A DNA stretch of 64,000 bases from Nitrosopumilaceae archaeon (GCA_965209085.1 OZ242376.1:832001-896000), one strand, 5' to 3'. Numbered from the stretch's first letter, positions 1 to 11,706 are shown. Program-made: numbers and translations. The notes: generated by a model from the sequence alone, not told the origin.

Positions 1-170
1 TGATATCCTACTACAATACAAAACTCTTTAATTCCTGATTTTTTTGCAGTAAGAATTACTCGCTCTATAAGACATAGACCAAGAAGGGATACCAATGGTT
101 TAGTATCTCCGATAGGTCTTAGTCTTGTTCCTTGTCCTGCTGCAATAATTAACGCTTTCATTTTTACCAT
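1..170 (-). CDS. 5' part of an NTP-transferase, resembling the inositol-1-phosphate cytidylyltransferase (IPCT/DIPPS) N-terminus; runs off the window edge
   Basis: Manual translation MVKMKALIIAAGQGTRLRPIGDTKPLVSLLGLCLIERVILTAKKSGIKEFCIVVGY contains the AAGxGTR...KPL nucleotidyltransferase motif. Start overlaps the IMPase stop (TAATG). Confidence 0.75.
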   Translation of the reverse strand, partial: MVKMKALIIAAGQGTRLRPIGDTKPLVSLLGLCLIERVILTAKKSGIKEFCIVVGY

Positions 171-967
171 TATTTTTTTATTTCAGACATTATTTTATCT
201 AGACTTTCTTGATTGCCTGCACCAACAAATGACAATCTAGTCATCGTTCCAAAATCTGAATCTAATGGCTGTGAATCTGCATCTATAATTAAACCCCCCG
301 CTTCTTTGATTAACAGATATCCTGCTGCCATATCTTGAATTCTAATTTTATCTCGTAAATCAATGAAAACATCCAATGAACCTCTAGAAAGAAAAGCCAT
401 TTCGAGTGCATTTGCCCCAAAATGTCTTGTAGGGCCGTAACGTTCGAAAATTGTTTGTAATTTTTTCAAAAGTTTGGGGGATGCACCGGATGTATTCACC
501 CCAACAATTTTGTATGCTGTCTCTTTGTTTTGTACATGAATTTTAGACTCATTCAAAAATGCACCCTTTCCTTTTGATGCCCAATACTGTTCTCCATTTG
601 ATAGATTGGTAACTACTGCGTCTGTAATAGAACTTAGTTTGTTATCTGTGGCAAACGCTAAGGAACAACAAAAGAACGGAATGCCGTTAACTGCGTTAGC
701 TGTTCCATCAATTGCATCCATGATGATATACCCTCTTGGATTATCATTTATTTCGACACGTCCACATTCTTCACCTAACACAATACAATTGAAATTAATT
801 TGTTTTAGATAATCTAGAACCGTTTTTTCAGCTACGATGTCAATGTTTTGTGTAATATCTCCACCAGCACCTATACCAAAATCACCTGCAGCATCTGTTT
901 CGGATAGGTTTTTTACATTATCGTAAACTTGTTTTGAGACTTGACGTAAGATTTCAATTACTTCCAT
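170..967 (-). CDS. Inositol monophosphatase / FBPase family protein
   Basis: GEE, DAIDGTAN and QDMAAG motifs of the IMPase fold. Confidence 0.9.
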   Translation of the reverse strand: MEVIEILRQVSKQVYDNVKNLSETDAAGDFGIGAGGDITQNIDIVAEKTVLDYLKQINFNCIVLGEECGRVEINDNPRGYIIMDAIDGTANAVNGIPFFCCSLAFATDNKLSSITDAVVTNLSNGEQYWASKGKGAFLNESKIHVQNKETAYKIVGVNTSGASPKLLKKLQTIFERYGPTRHFGANALEMAFLSRGSLDVFIDLRDKIRIQDMAAGYLLIKEAGGLIIDADSQPLDSDFGTMTRLSFVGAGNQESLDKIMSEIKK

Positions 968-1031
968 ATCCGAAATGAATTTATGATCTGCGGTATATTA
1001 AACGATACTGAGTACCTCTTCAAAGACGCTT

Positions 1032-1575
1032 TTAGCATGTGATCTTTATCAAAACATACGTTAGAAAGTTTGACATTCTTCTCATGGATTCAGATCCTCT
1101 GATCTGCCCACTTATCTTACGGCAAACCACGACATCACGTAATGCACACTTGGCTGCATTGTTTGCAGGTGGAATGTTTTCATGCTCTATACAGGCAAAC
1201 AGATTCATCGTCGCATTCTTTAACCGTTTGATCAAACTCTGCATTTTGGACATTTCTGTACTGCGGTATTTATCCTGGGGTGCTTTACAGTACTGTACTG
1301 GTTGGATTATGTTTGCGTTATACTCCATTGTGACCTGGATGGCAACCTGGTTTTATTAATGGCAGTAATTTTCAAATTTTTCTTGCCTTGCGTTTTTCTT
1401 GCATATATTCAAGTGAACGTAAAGAGGTTGGCGTGTTGGAATTTTCATAATATGCGAGTCAAGTTTTGAGGATTTTAATTTCCCTATCCTTTGCGTCCAA
1501 TCTATGCGTAAATTCTGTCATTTGTTTATTCATCTTTTCGACAAAAACTCTCTATCTTCCAATTCATGACATGTG
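1032..1575 (-). pseudogene. Internally deleted IS66-family transposase remnant
   Basis: C-terminal IPPANNAAKCALRDVVVCRKISGQIR (degenerate NNxAERxLR). Upstream coiled-coil and ENSNTPTS fragments contain stops. Ends not resolved. Confidence 0.7.
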
Positions 1576-1711
1576 GGATATGGATTGCTCATGAGATGGA
1601 TTATTTACTGATGGTATTTGGATCTAAATGATCGTATGTTATTGACTAATTTGTCAGGCACGAGCTGACCTTATACAAATATTTTAATCCATCATTAAAG
1701 TATGCCATATC

Positions 1712-2983
1712 ATGAACGTAACTGAAAAGATACTCGCGCGCGCATCGCACAAATCCAGCGTATCAGCTGATGATGTGGTATTTGCCGACATTGACTGCGC
1801 CATGGTGCACGATGTATCCGGACCTGGAGTAATCAAAGTTTTTGAAAAACTTGAAAAACAGGGCATTGATACATCCAAACTCTGGGATCCAGACAAGATT
1901 TGGGTTGCAGAAGACCACTTTGTACCATCAGCTGAAAAAGCTTCTGCTGCAAACGTGGCAAAGCTTGAAAAATTTGTAAAAAAATACCACATTTCAAAAC
2001 ATTTCAAATACGGCCTTGGCCAGTACGGCATTTGCCATACATTATCGCACGAGGAGGGATTGGTATTGCCAGGACAGGTATACGTGGGAGGGGACTCGCA
2101 CACAAACACTACGGGGGCATTGGGGGCGTTTGCATGCGGTCTTGGACATACTGATATGGCATATGTAATGTTAAACGGCAAAATCTGGTTCAAGGTTCCA
2201 GAAACTGTACTGTACAAACTCCACGGCAAACTCCCAGAGCATGTAATGGCAAAGGATTTGATTTTACAGATAATCGGCGATATTGGAACAGATGGCGGAA
2301 CATACGGTACCATGCAGTTTGCCGGTTCAGGAATCGATGCAATGTCAGTTGAGGAGAGAATAACGCTCACAAACATGACAACAGAGGCTGGTGCAAAAAA
2401 CGGCATCATCGAGGCAGATAAAAAAACTGTTGCATATCTTGTAGAGCATGGGGCAAAACCGCACGGTACAGTACACGCGGATGCAGATACTGCATACGCT
2501 GACATACACGAGTACGAAGCTGACAAACTTGAACCAATGGTTGCAAAACCATTCTCCCCGCAAAATACTGCATCTGCCAGAGAGCTCTCATCTGTGGAAT
2601 TAAACAAGGCGTACATTGGATCGTGCACGGGTGCAAAACTGGAGGATTTGCAAGCTGCAGCTAGAATACTAAAGGGACGGCAGGTTACAATACGCACAGA
2701 GGTGGTACCTGCTGCAATATCGATACTGAAAAAAGCAATGAATCTGGGATTCATACAGATATTTTTGGATGCTGGAGCTGTAATTGGCCCTCCAACGTGC
2801 GGCGCATGCTGCGGAGCCCATATGGGCGTGTTAGGAGCTGAAGAGGTATGCGTGAGTACCACGAACAGAAATTTCCCAGGACGCATGGGCCATGTTGAAT
2901 CACAAACATACCTTGCATCCCCGCTTGTAGCTGCAGCCTCGGCGGTGACAGGGAAGATAACTGATCCGAGGGATCTTGCATGA
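1712..2983 (+). CDS. Homoaconitase/3-isopropylmalate dehydratase large subunit (archaeal HacA/LeuC type)
   Basis: DSHT, GSCT and CGACCG aconitase Fe-S motifs, NRNFPGRMG. Confidence 0.92.
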   Translation: MNVTEKILARASHKSSVSADDVVFADIDCAMVHDVSGPGVIKVFEKLEKQGIDTSKLWDPDKIWVAEDHFVPSAEKASAANVAKLEKFVKKYHISKHFKYGLGQYGICHTLSHEEGLVLPGQVYVGGDSHTNTTGALGAFACGLGHTDMAYVMLNGKIWFKVPETVLYKLHGKLPEHVMAKDLILQIIGDIGTDGGTYGTMQFAGSGIDAMSVEERITLTNMTTEAGAKNGIIEADKKTVAYLVEHGAKPHGTVHADADTAYADIHEYEADKLEPMVAKPFSPQNTASARELSSVELNKAYIGSCTGAKLEDLQAAARILKGRQVTIRTEVVPAAISILKKAMNLGFIQIFLDAGAVIGPPTCGACCGAHMGVLGAEEVCVSTTNRNFPGRMGHVESQTYLASPLVAAASAVTGKITDPRDLA

Positions 2984-3498
2984 ACTGTACTGTAATAAAA
3001 TATGCAAAGGACAACATTGACACGGACGTGATAATTCCAGGAACGTATCTGAAGATACATGATTATGCAGAGCTTGCAACCCATGCAATGGAGGGGATGG
3101 ATGCTGATTTTCACTCTAAAATAAAATCAGGAAAAAATGTAATCGTTGCGGGAAAAAATTTCGGATGCGGCTCTAGCCGCGAGCATGCCCCCATTGCACT
3201 GGCGCACTCTGGAATCAAGGCAGTATTGGCAGTCTCGTTTGCGCGCATTTTTTACAGAAACTGCGTGGATGGGGCGTTTTTACTCCCAATTGAAATAACC
3301 GAACCTGACTATATGCAAATATCCGAAAATGATGAGCTAAAAATTGACATAAATGAAAATATTGTAAAAAACATTACAAAAAATACCATATATGAAATTC
3401 GCCCCTTTGCACCGCTTGTGGCTGCAATCATCAAAGCAGGCGGACTCTTTAAATTTAATCCTGAAAATTGGGATAATGATGGCACAGACTCTATTTGA
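2980..3498 (+). CDS. Homoaconitase/isopropylmalate dehydratase small subunit (HacB type)
   Basis: [10 protein letters not shown] and [11 protein letters not shown]; ATGA overlap with the large subunit. Confidence 0.92.
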   Translation: MNCTVIKYAKDNIDTDVIIPGTYLKIHDYAELATHAMEGMDADFHSKIKSGKNVIVAGKNFGCGSSREHAPIALAHSGIKAVLAVSFARIFYRNCVDGAFLLPIEITEPDYMQISENDELKIDINENIVKNITKNTIYEIRPFAPLVAAIIKAGGLFKFNPENWDNDGTDSI

Positions 3499-4891
3499 GA
3501 AGATATGGGACAGTCATACTGTCGTGCAAAAAGACGACGGTCTATCACTGTTGTACGTTGACCGGCATCTTGTACACGAGGTGACCTCACCGCAGGCGTT
3601 TGCCGGATTAAGGGCTGCTGGCCGCAAAGTACGACGCCCGGATTTAACGTTGGCAACAGCTGATCACAACGTACCGACTGAAAAACGCACCCTTCCTATT
3701 TTGGATCAGGATTCTGCTGCACAAATTCACGCATTGGATGTAAACTGCCGCGACTTTGGAGTGCGCTTGTATGGGATGAACAGTAAAAAACAGGGAATTG
3801 TTCATGTAATAGGTCCTGAGCTTGGAGTGACGCTGCCGGGTACGACGCTTGTATGCGGGGATAGCCATACCTCTACGCACGGGGCGCTAGGCTCGCTTGC
3901 ATTTGGAATTGGAACAAGCGAGGTAGAGCACGTGCTTGCATCACAAACCGTATGGATGAGAAAACCTGTCCCCATGCAGATTTTAATAAACGGACACCGC
4001 AAGAACATGCACGCAGTTACGGCAAAAGATCTAATCTTGTCAATTATCCGCAAAATAGGAATTGCCGGCGGTACAGGTACAGTATTGGAATATCGCGGGG
4101 ATACAGTAAGTGAGATGGACATGGAGGGGCGAATGACCATGTGCAACATGTCAATTGAAGCTGGAGCGCGCGCCGGACTTGTAGCCCCTGATGATACAAC
4201 ATTCAAGTACATCAAAGGTAAAGAGTGCGCGCCAAAAGACTGGGATGATGCAGTGCATGAGTGGCGCAGTCTGAAAACTGATTCTAGTGCAAAATTTGAA
4301 AAAACCATATCCCTTGATGCATCGCGTACTGCCCCGCAGGTAAGCTGGGGGACAAATCCGGCAATGACGTGCAACGTTGATGAGGCAATTCCGGATCCTG
4401 TAGAATACGCCGATGGACATTCCGGACTTGAAAAAGATGCAAAAGCTGCCCTCAAATACATGGGTTTGCAAAAAAACACCCCCATAACTGAGATTGCAAT
4501 CGACCGCGTCTTTATCGGCTCGTGCACCAATGCGCGCCTTGGGGATTTAAAAGAGGCAGCATCTGCAATAAACGGCGGTCATGTTGCAAATACTGTAAGG
4601 GCAATGGTGGTTCCAGGCTCACAGCAGGTAAAATCTGAAGCTGAAAAAATAGGACTGGATAAGATTTTCACAAATGCCGGATTTGAGTGGCGTGAATCCG
4701 GATGCAGCATGTGCCTTGGAATGAATCCGGACATACTTGGTGCCGGAGAGAGGTGCGCTAGTACATCCAATAGAAACTTTGAAGGACGGCAGGGGGCGGG
4801 GGGCAGAACGCACCTTGTGAGTCCTGTAATGGCAGCAGCTGCGGCAATTGCTGGAAAATTCGTCGACGTGCGGGAGCTTGATTTGGGATGA
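3476..4891 (+). CDS. leuC: 3-isopropylmalate dehydratase large subunit (bacterial type)
   Basis: [34 protein letters not shown]. Start moved to MMAQT. Confidence 0.95.
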   Translation: MMAQTLFEKIWDSHTVVQKDDGLSLLYVDRHLVHEVTSPQAFAGLRAAGRKVRRPDLTLATADHNVPTEKRTLPILDQDSAAQIHALDVNCRDFGVRLYGMNSKKQGIVHVIGPELGVTLPGTTLVCGDSHTSTHGALGSLAFGIGTSEVEHVLASQTVWMRKPVPMQILINGHRKNMHAVTAKDLILSIIRKIGIAGGTGTVLEYRGDTVSEMDMEGRMTMCNMSIEAGARAGLVAPDDTTFKYIKGKECAPKDWDDAVHEWRSLKTDSSAKFEKTISLDASRTAPQVSWGTNPAMTCNVDEAIPDPVEYADGHSGLEKDAKAALKYMGLQKNTPITEIAIDRVFIGSCTNARLGDLKEAASAINGGHVANTVRAMVVPGSQQVKSEAEKIGLDKIFTNAGFEWRESGCSMCLGMNPDILGAGERCASTSNRNFEGRQGAGGRTHLVSPVMAAAAAIAGKFVDVRELDLG

Positions 4892-5496
4892 ATCCGTTCA
4901 AAAACGTATCCGGGATTGCAACTCCACTTGACCGCACAAACGTGGACACTGATCAGATAATTCCAAAACAGTTCCTCAAAGCAATCACACGCGAAGGATT
5001 TGGAAAAAACCTGTTTTACGGGTGGAGGTATGACTCAAAAGGTGGGATTGTAAAAGATTTCATATTAAACAATCCGGCATACGATAACTCCCCTATCCTG
5101 GTTGCGGGGGAAAACTTTGGATGCGGCTCAAGCCGCGAGCATGCTGCATGGGCAATACATGACAGGGGATTTCACGTGGTAATTGCGCCATCATTTGCGG
5201 ATATCTTTTACAACAATTGCATAAAAAACGGCATCCTACCTGCAAAGATTGATGTAAAATCAGTCTATACAATACTCTCGGCCAATAAAGCCCTAGTGCA
5301 CGTAAACCTTGAATCACAGATAATTCAAATTGATGCCGATGGCGTAAAAACTGATGCACACTTTGAGATTGACAAATATAGCAAAAACATCCTACTGCAG
5401 GGATTGGATGAGATATCAATTACAATGCAGTATGATGAGGCAATCTCATCATATGAGAAATCCGGCAAAATACGCCCAATAGAGGGCCTCACCTGA
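4888..5496 (+). CDS. leuD: 3-isopropylmalate dehydratase small subunit
   Basis: [13 protein letters not shown] and [11 protein letters not shown]. Confidence 0.95.
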   Translation: MNPFKNVSGIATPLDRTNVDTDQIIPKQFLKAITREGFGKNLFYGWRYDSKGGIVKDFILNNPAYDNSPILVAGENFGCGSSREHAAWAIHDRGFHVVIAPSFADIFYNNCIKNGILPAKIDVKSVYTILSANKALVHVNLESQIIQIDADGVKTDAHFEIDKYSKNILLQGLDEISITMQYDEAISSYEKSGKIRPIEGLT

Positions 5497-6229
5497 TACA
5501 GCCCATCTGTTTTAGCGCGTTTTTCACATCAGTACTTTTTCTCTCCAATAAGGCCGGGGATTCAGCATCCATCCAGACGCTCTTACCTATATCGTGCGCA
5601 CTAATGAGCCCATTTTTCGCAAGTGGGGCCAATATATCATATGAGAGGTTTACCTGGGATTTTGTTTTTTTTGCAGCCATTATGTGGGCAAATATTTTCT
5701 GCGATAGGGCGTACACGCCGATGCATTCTTTTCTTGGCAGATTTACAGTTGGCTTTTCAATGAATTTTTCAACAATATTCCCATTCACTTTTGCAAATCC
5801 TGTCTCCTCTTTTCTTGTGGACCGCATTGCAACGCATGCAAGTGTTTTTGTCTCATTTATGGTGTGCAGCATTTGTGTTACATCAACTGCGCAAATGTTA
5901 TCGGCAAACCACAGTATGAAATTACCTCTCAAAAGATGCGGCTTTAGATGAAGCAGATCCCCCCCGGTTCCTGACTGGGAATCTTGGATGAATTTTATGC
6001 GTTTGCCGCGCACCTTTGATGATCCAAAATAGTTGCGTATCTGCCCGCCAAGTCCGGTAAAATCAGCTAGTATTACAATCTCGGCAATCTCATGAATTGA
6101 TGAGAGATATTCTACAATGTGGGCAATAACTGGCCTTCCGTGAACGGGAATGGCAGCTTTGGGAATAAATTCAGTATATGGTTTGCCGCGTGTGCCGCAT
6201 CCTCCGGCCATGAGAACTGCAGTATGCAT
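5489..6229 (-). CDS. Sugar-phosphate nucleotidyltransferase family protein
   Basis: MAGGCGTR...PK motif, FIEKP. Confidence 0.85.
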   Translation of the reverse strand: MHTAVLMAGGCGTRGKPYTEFIPKAAIPVHGRPVIAHIVEYLSSIHEIAEIVILADFTGLGGQIRNYFGSSKVRGKRIKFIQDSQSGTGGDLLHLKPHLLRGNFILWFADNICAVDVTQMLHTINETKTLACVAMRSTRKEETGFAKVNGNIVEKFIEKPTVNLPRKECIGVYALSQKIFAHIMAAKKTKSQVNLSYDILAPLAKNGLISAHDIGKSVWMDAESPALLERKSTDVKNALKQMGCIR

Positions 6230-6232
6230 TAT

Positions 6233-6682
6233 CTATCGGTATGATTTTTGTTTTCTGCGTCTAGCCCCTGGACCGCCAAATTTCTTGGGCTCTTTTAGGC
6301 GCGAATCACCGCTTATGAGATATTTGTCAAATTCGGCAAGACGTTTGCGCAAATCCTCGCGGACTGATTTTGAGAGGGGATGACCCCTTGGTTCTTTTTT
6401 TGATTTTGTCCATCCTACAAGGGCGCGTGATATTGCAGTAGCTGATGCACCGGCTTGTCCCATAAAACCGCCTCCGCGCGTTCTAACTGAAATGTCAATC
6501 TTACCTCGTATATCGCCGGCAATCTCCAAAGGTGCTAGAACCGTTTCGCGCGCAGCCTCTGCCCCCATCATTTCTATTGGAACATTGTTCACACGGATTA
6601 TGCCTGTACCTTTTGCAATGTGCACATGAGCACTGGCTGTTTTTCGTGTTGCAAAATAAATCTCCGGCTTTGATGTGGTCAT
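6233..6682 (-). CDS. rps9: 30S ribosomal protein uS9
   Basis: GGGFMGQA, EPKKFGGPGARRRKQKSYR. Confidence 0.97.
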   Translation of the reverse strand: MTTSKPEIYFATRKTASAHVHIAKGTGIIRVNNVPIEMMGAEAARETVLAPLEIAGDIRGKIDISVRTRGGGFMGQAGASATAISRALVGWTKSKKEPRGHPLSKSVREDLRKRLAEFDKYLISGDSRLKEPKKFGGPGARRRKQKSYR

Positions 6683-7128
6683 TTGTTCCACCCTACGGCT
6701 ACTGAAAGTGCAGACATTGTAAAATATACTGCAGGCTCTTTTTTAATTTCAGCCTTTTCAAATCTTATGCTCTTTATGTGGCGAAGATGGCTCGGGGATC
6801 CTATATGGGCGCGAAGTCTGCTTAATGCTGATTTACCTGAGGGTTTTTCACGGGGGAGCATTCCGCGCACCATTCTTGAAATTATAGTGTCAGGTCTTCT
6901 TGGATGAAAAGGTCCGTGCTTTGGATTCAAAATACTGGCAATCTCCAAAAAATCCCTATACTCTTTGATTATCATGGCCCTCTTACCGCTGATCATAATA
7001 TTTTCACAGTTTATCAGCGCAACGCGGTGTCCCTGTAAGAGCAACTTTGCCACATGCGATGCCAATCTTCCGGCAATGTGTCCTGACGCATCAACGACTA
7101 TGGGTCTGTCAACTCTTGGCTCATCCAA
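6679..7128 (-). CDS. rpl13: 50S ribosomal protein uL13
   Basis: VVDASGHIAGRLAS, GPFHPRRP, VRGMLP. Confidence 0.96.
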   Translation of the reverse strand: MDEPRVDRPIVVDASGHIAGRLASHVAKLLLQGHRVALINCENIMISGKRAMIIKEYRDFLEIASILNPKHGPFHPRRPDTIISRMVRGMLPREKPSGKSALSRLRAHIGSPSHLRHIKSIRFEKAEIKKEPAVYFTMSALSVAVGWNK

Positions 7129-7471
7129 GCATAATCAGCCCCTTGCCTGTTGGATGGTTTTTGACTGCATCATAAACTGGGTTTACACTTCCGCCAGCTT
7201 TGATTACAAGCTCTGCTGCAGTTTCTGAAATTGAAAACGAATACAGGGTAATTTTATGCGGTATGCTGCCAACTCCAAGCACCTTGCCTGGAACCAAAAC
7301 AGAATCACCCTCACTTGTATACTGGGCGATTTTTTTAATATTCACAACCGTTTTTGACAAAGCCCTACCCTTTGCCATTTTGATAAGCCTTGACCAAATG
7401 GGCGCATCGTTGCCCTGCGATGCCTTTTCCAAGGCGCCTAGGGTTTTGCTAATTGAGGGTCTCACTTTCAT
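7121..7471 (-). CDS. rpl18e: 50S ribosomal protein eL18
   Basis: APIWSR, VPGKVLGVG; conserved rpoD-L18e-L13-S9 order. Confidence 0.92.
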   Translation of the reverse strand: MKVRPSISKTLGALEKASQGNDAPIWSRLIKMAKGRALSKTVVNIKKIAQYTSEGDSVLVPGKVLGVGSIPHKITLYSFSISETAAELVIKAGGSVNPVYDAVKNHPTGKGLIMLG

Positions 7472-7508
7472 AGTTATGCCCCTGATCACTTCAATATAAC
7501 GGGTTCTT

Positions 7509-8132
7509 TTACGATGTCTGTTGTATAATATCCTTAAAATCGGACAGATTTGATCCAAGCAACTCTACTCCTGCAAGCAGTATCTGGGCCGGCTTGATGG
7601 CCCCTGTGGATTCAATCGTGAGTATGTGCTCGCCCTCGCTTTTCCCGTCAACTAGAGTGGATATGTTTGCACTGTTCCATTTTGCGTGATTTACCCCAAT
7701 GCCAAGTTTTGCATGCGCCTCGAATTTTATCTCCTGGTCCGGTGCAAGCTCTACTATTGGTATGGTGTTTGAGGTGGGTTTTACAAACGAATCCTCTGAA
7801 TGAATGTCCCCGGAAAATATAGTCCTGGTTTGCTCTAATTTTTCAGTATCCAAGGTGAGCAAAACGCTGTTTGAGGAATCCTCCGTGTTTAACTTTGAGA
7901 GGGCGCCAAATTCTGAGAGATCCGTCTTTAGGGGGATAAGACCAAGTCTGTGGGCAATTCCCTCATCGGCAAGAACTGACGTATTTGTAATCATTGATAC
8001 TGTATCTATTGCAAAAACTGGAACCCCGTTTAGGCATATGCGTCGCAGGGCGTTGGCGTACTGGAGCGGAACCCCTTTGATTTTTACGGATATGATTTGT
8101 TCGTTTTGGTCAATGATATCAAGAGACTGCAA
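7509..8132 (-). CDS. rpoD: DNA-directed RNA polymerase subunit D (Rpo3)
   Basis: YANALRR, NTSVLADEGIAHRLGLIP, HAKW; probable TTG start. Confidence 0.95.
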   Translation of the reverse strand: MQSLDIIDQNEQIISVKIKGVPLQYANALRRICLNGVPVFAIDTVSMITNTSVLADEGIAHRLGLIPLKTDLSEFGALSKLNTEDSSNSVLLTLDTEKLEQTRTIFSGDIHSEDSFVKPTSNTIPIVELAPDQEIKFEAHAKLGIGVNHAKWNSANISTLVDGKSEGEHILTIESTGAIKPAQILLAGVELLGSNLSDFKDIIQQTS

Positions 8133-8289
8133 ACAACAAAACACTCTGCTTGTAGAATAAATACCTAGCGTGCTTTATTTCATACAATGCGTCATTTTAT
8201 GCCAAAATATACGATCTTTTGTGCAAATTACAACAGTATCTAACCCCTATAATAAAACTTTAAACGACATGCGGGTAATATGTGGTTAT

Positions 8290-9387
8290 ATGGGTAAAAA
8301 GATCAAAGTGGGCCTAGTTGGCATAGGCAACTGCTTTTCCGGTCTTATTCAGGGAATTGAATACTATGCACAAAACCCTTCACAGCATGTACCAGGAATA
8401 ATACATGAAAAATTGCGCGATTATGGAATACATGATATTGAATTTGTCTGCGGCTTTGATGTCGGGGAAAACAAGGTGGGGAAAAACATCAATGATGCAA
8501 TATACGCAAAACCCAACATGGTGAATTGGATTCCAAAAGAATCAATGCCGAAAACTGACGCTCTAGTATATGAGGGTCCGGCGCACGACGGAGTCGGAAT
8601 ATGGGTTGAAAACCGCGTAAAGCCGATAAAGAGTGACAAGACTGTAGAGTATCTGCGCGAGCAGGCAATCAAAGTTTTAAAAGATACCGGAGTTGAAATT
8701 ATAGTATCCTATCTGCCGGTGGGCTCTGAGCAGGCCACGCAGTTTTGGGCCCAGCTGTGTATTGATACAAAGACTGCGTTTGTAAACTGTATCCCCTCAT
8801 TTATCGCATCAAAGGGTGAATGGGGACAAAAATTTGCAGATGCTGGTATTCCTGTAATAGGTGATGACATTAAAGGACAGGTTGGCGCCACAATTGTCCA
8901 TAGAACGCTTGCCCGGCTGTGCAACGACCGCGGGGCAAAGATAGAGCGCACGTATCAGCTAAACGTTGGGGGAAATACTGACTTTTTAAACATGAAAGAT
9001 CAGGATAGACTTGCAAGCAAACGCATATCAAAAACGGAAAGTGTGCAAAGCCAGCTTGACGAACCACTCCCTGATGACAGCATTTACGTTGGACCATCTG
9101 ATTTTATACCATTTCTTGGAAATACAAAACTAATGTTTATGAGAATAGAGGGGAGACAGTGGGCGAACATTCCGTTCAACATGGAGGTTCGGTTGGATGT
9201 TGATGATAAGGCAAACTCTGCAGGTATAGTAGTTGATGCAATACGTCTTGCAAAGATTGCACTAGATGATGGCATTGGAGGTCCAATTCATCCTGCATGC
9301 TCTTACCTTATGAAACATCCCCCGCGCCAGACAACTGATACTGAAGCGCGCGTAATGTGTGAAAAATTTGCCGCCGGCAATAAATGA
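8290..9387 (+). CDS. ino1: myo-inositol-1-phosphate synthase
   Basis: VGIGNCFS, GDDIKGQVGAT, QLNVGGNTDFLNM, NSAG. Confidence 0.95.
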   Translation: MGKKIKVGLVGIGNCFSGLIQGIEYYAQNPSQHVPGIIHEKLRDYGIHDIEFVCGFDVGENKVGKNINDAIYAKPNMVNWIPKESMPKTDALVYEGPAHDGVGIWVENRVKPIKSDKTVEYLREQAIKVLKDTGVEIIVSYLPVGSEQATQFWAQLCIDTKTAFVNCIPSFIASKGEWGQKFADAGIPVIGDDIKGQVGATIVHRTLARLCNDRGAKIERTYQLNVGGNTDFLNMKDQDRLASKRISKTESVQSQLDEPLPDDSIYVGPSDFIPFLGNTKLMFMRIEGRQWANIPFNMEVRLDVDDKANSAGIVVDAIRLAKIALDDGIGGPIHPACSYLMKHPPRQTTDTEARVMCEKFAAGNK

Positions 9388-9414
9388 ATGTTGGAATTTT
9401 TAATTTAAAACAGG

Positions 9415-9496
9415 CGCCAGGTAAGGGATTCGAACCCCTGAGTGCAGAAGCACAGCCGCTTTCGAGGCGGCCGCCGTACCACTTGGCTAACCTGGC
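9415..9496 (-). tRNA. tRNA-Ser(CGA)
   Basis: Cloverleaf GCCAGGT...CCTGGC-G, anticodon arm GCCGC-CT CGA AA-GCGGC, long variable arm, GTTCGAATC T-loop. Confidence 0.95.
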
Positions 9497-9732
9497 ATTT
9501 TTGATTCTGCCTTGACCCCTAAATAAACGGGTGTTGATCTTGCATGCAATTATTGATGCTAATGCATACCTGAGAGAATCCTGCCATGAAACGAATCTGA
9601 CAAAGCCAGAGCTGAATTTTTCCCCAGGTTGTATATTTTGCATACGGTGCAGCATACGCTCTTGGTTTTTGACCCATACTAGTTTTAAACACTACAAAAA
9701 CACCATTATGTCAGTATCAAAACCAAACCCGT

Positions 9733-10755
9733 ATGGGATTAAACCTCAAAGATCTGGTATTGCGGGAAAAGACGACGCTTGAATCGTTTGCATCAAAGAC
9801 TGTCGCAATAGATGCATACAATGCACTCTACCAGTTTCTTGCGACAATACGCGGTCCTGATGGTGCGCAGCTTGCAGATTCTTCAGGAGCGGTTACAAGC
9901 CATCTGAGCGGACTTTTTTACAGGAACATCAATTTTCTCTCGATGGGAATACGCCCCGTGTACGTCTTTGATGGAAAACCCCCGTCAATGAAATCAGCTG
10001 AGATCATGCGCAGAAAAAAATCAAAAAAAGACGCCTCTGTAAAATACGAGCGGGCAATATCAGAAGGCAATCTCTCTGATGCTAGAAAATACGCCCAGCA
10101 GACCACGTCCATGCAGGATGGAATGGTGGATGATTCTAAAAAACTCTTAGATTTGTTTGGCATACCCTACGTTGATGCCCCATCAGAAGGCGAGGCAACT
10201 GCTGCATACATGACGCAGACAGGCCATGCGCACGCTTCGGCAAGCCAGGATTTTGATTCCGTTTTGTTTGGGGCAAAAAAACTGGTGCGCAATTTTACCA
10301 ACAGCGGCAGAAGAAAGATACCAAACCGCAATACATACGTGGATATGGTGCCGGAGATAATAGAATCCGGCCGTACGCTTGAAGATCTGAAACTGACAAA
10401 AGAGCAGCTCGTAGACGTTGGAATTTTAATCGGCACTGATTTTAACCCTGACGGGTTTGAAAGGGTGGGACCGAAAACTGCGCTAAAACTGATACGCACG
10501 CATGCACGACTAGAAGACATTCCGGGAATAACTGAACAGCTTGAAAGCATAGATTATGGTGCAATACGCAAAATTTTCCTAAATCCAAACGTGGCAGAAC
10601 CGGCAGAGATAAAATTTGAATCCGTACAATATGATGAAATAATGGACTATCTTGAAGGCTCTAGAAGTTTTTCAAGGGAACGTCTTGTACCGTCACTGAA
10701 CCGGCTGAAAAAATCACTGGAAAAACGCAGTCAAAATTTGGACAAGTGGTTCTAG
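9733..10755 (+). CDS. fen: Flap endonuclease 1
   Basis: [31 protein letters not shown]; C-terminal PIP box QNLDKWF. Confidence 0.96.
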   Translation: MGLNLKDLVLREKTTLESFASKTVAIDAYNALYQFLATIRGPDGAQLADSSGAVTSHLSGLFYRNINFLSMGIRPVYVFDGKPPSMKSAEIMRRKKSKKDASVKYERAISEGNLSDARKYAQQTTSMQDGMVDDSKKLLDLFGIPYVDAPSEGEATAAYMTQTGHAHASASQDFDSVLFGAKKLVRNFTNSGRRKIPNRNTYVDMVPEIIESGRTLEDLKLTKEQLVDVGILIGTDFNPDGFERVGPKTALKLIRTHARLEDIPGITEQLESIDYGAIRKIFLNPNVAEPAEIKFESVQYDEIMDYLEGSRSFSRERLVPSLNRLKKSLEKRSQNLDKWF

Positions 10756-11111
10756 TCTTCTTCTTTTAGCAGCCAAAGATTGCCCAACTGTTTGTTCATC
10801 AATTCAATCTGTTTCTCATCAAGACTCTTGCCGGTGTTTTTATCGACAGGAACCACGACCATTCCGTCTAGTTTGTATTCAACATCGTACAGGCTTAGTT
10901 TTGATTTTTCCTTTATCACCGGGTTGCCTGATGCATCCTTTGAGCGCACAGTATCCATTACGTCAGAATTTGGGGATTCCCTGTGCATATAGCTGCCCTC
11001 TGCATCATCTTTGGTTGAAAATTTTGCAAGGATTTTTTTCTGCACCTCTAGTGTGGTCTTGTTTTCATGGTATATTCTCTTACCACTCTTTTCGTCGATA
11101 AACTCTGGCAT
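10752..11111 (-). CDS. Hypothetical protein
   Basis: Clean 119-aa ORF convergent with fen; core-like composition. Confidence 0.7.
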   Translation of the reverse strand: MPEFIDEKSGKRIYHENKTTLEVQKKILAKFSTKDDAEGSYMHRESPNSDVMDTVRSKDASGNPVIKEKSKLSLYDVEYKLDGMVVVPVDKNTGKSLDEKQIELMNKQLGNLWLLKEED

Positions 11112-11279
11112 CGTTTCAGATTTGATTCAAATGGGTATTAAAGGTTAATGAATACGGGTTCTGTTCAGTTAACGGGTGATTTGGGAAAGTGCTCATTTTC
11201 GGGTGGTTTTTAGAACGTTTGCGATCAAAAGAGTATGAGGTTGATATTTGATTGTGATAAGATCAATCTTTAGTTCCTG

Positions 11280-11670
11280 CCACCATGTCCCGTATTACAG
11301 GCAAGCCTGTAAACTGCAAAAAAGTGAAGAAAATATACCATTATCTGGGCTGGAGTGCGCCTGCAAAACCCAAAAAAGAGATCATTCGCTAAAGGAGGCG
11401 CCCAAAACCTGCAGGACCTGATCAACTTTGGCAGACTGACATGATGTACATTTGGTGCGGTCAGGACAGATGGTGTTATCAGTTTAACGTCCTGGATGCA
11501 TTTACCCGCGAATGGTAGGATATGCGTTTGAGTCAAGATCTATTACCGACGGTGCCATTGCAACATTAACTGAAGCGTTGGCATCCAAGAAACCGAACTG
11601 CTCAAATCTTACCCTAAGAACAGATAACGGTTCCAAATACGTTTCAGCACGGTTTGAAAAAGCCGCATAG
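11280..11670 (+). pseudogene. IS3/IS481-type integrase-core transposase remnant
   Basis: Manual translation PDQLWQTDMMYIWCG...VLDAFTRE...LRTDNGSKY with stops and a frameshift. Confidence 0.8.
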
Positions 11671-11706
11671 ACACGGGTATAGTCTAATTTATATGTGATA
11701 GTTAGT

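Noticed and set aside
1684-3114. 476-aa antisense ORF, and similar long antisense ORFs over leuC, sucC, trpA and trpD
   Set aside because: Mirror frames of conserved genes with no recognisable motifs.
1712-5496. Two tandem LeuCD-like pairs as a novelty
   Set aside because: Consistent with separate homoaconitase-type and isopropylmalate dehydratase enzymes; ordinary metabolism.
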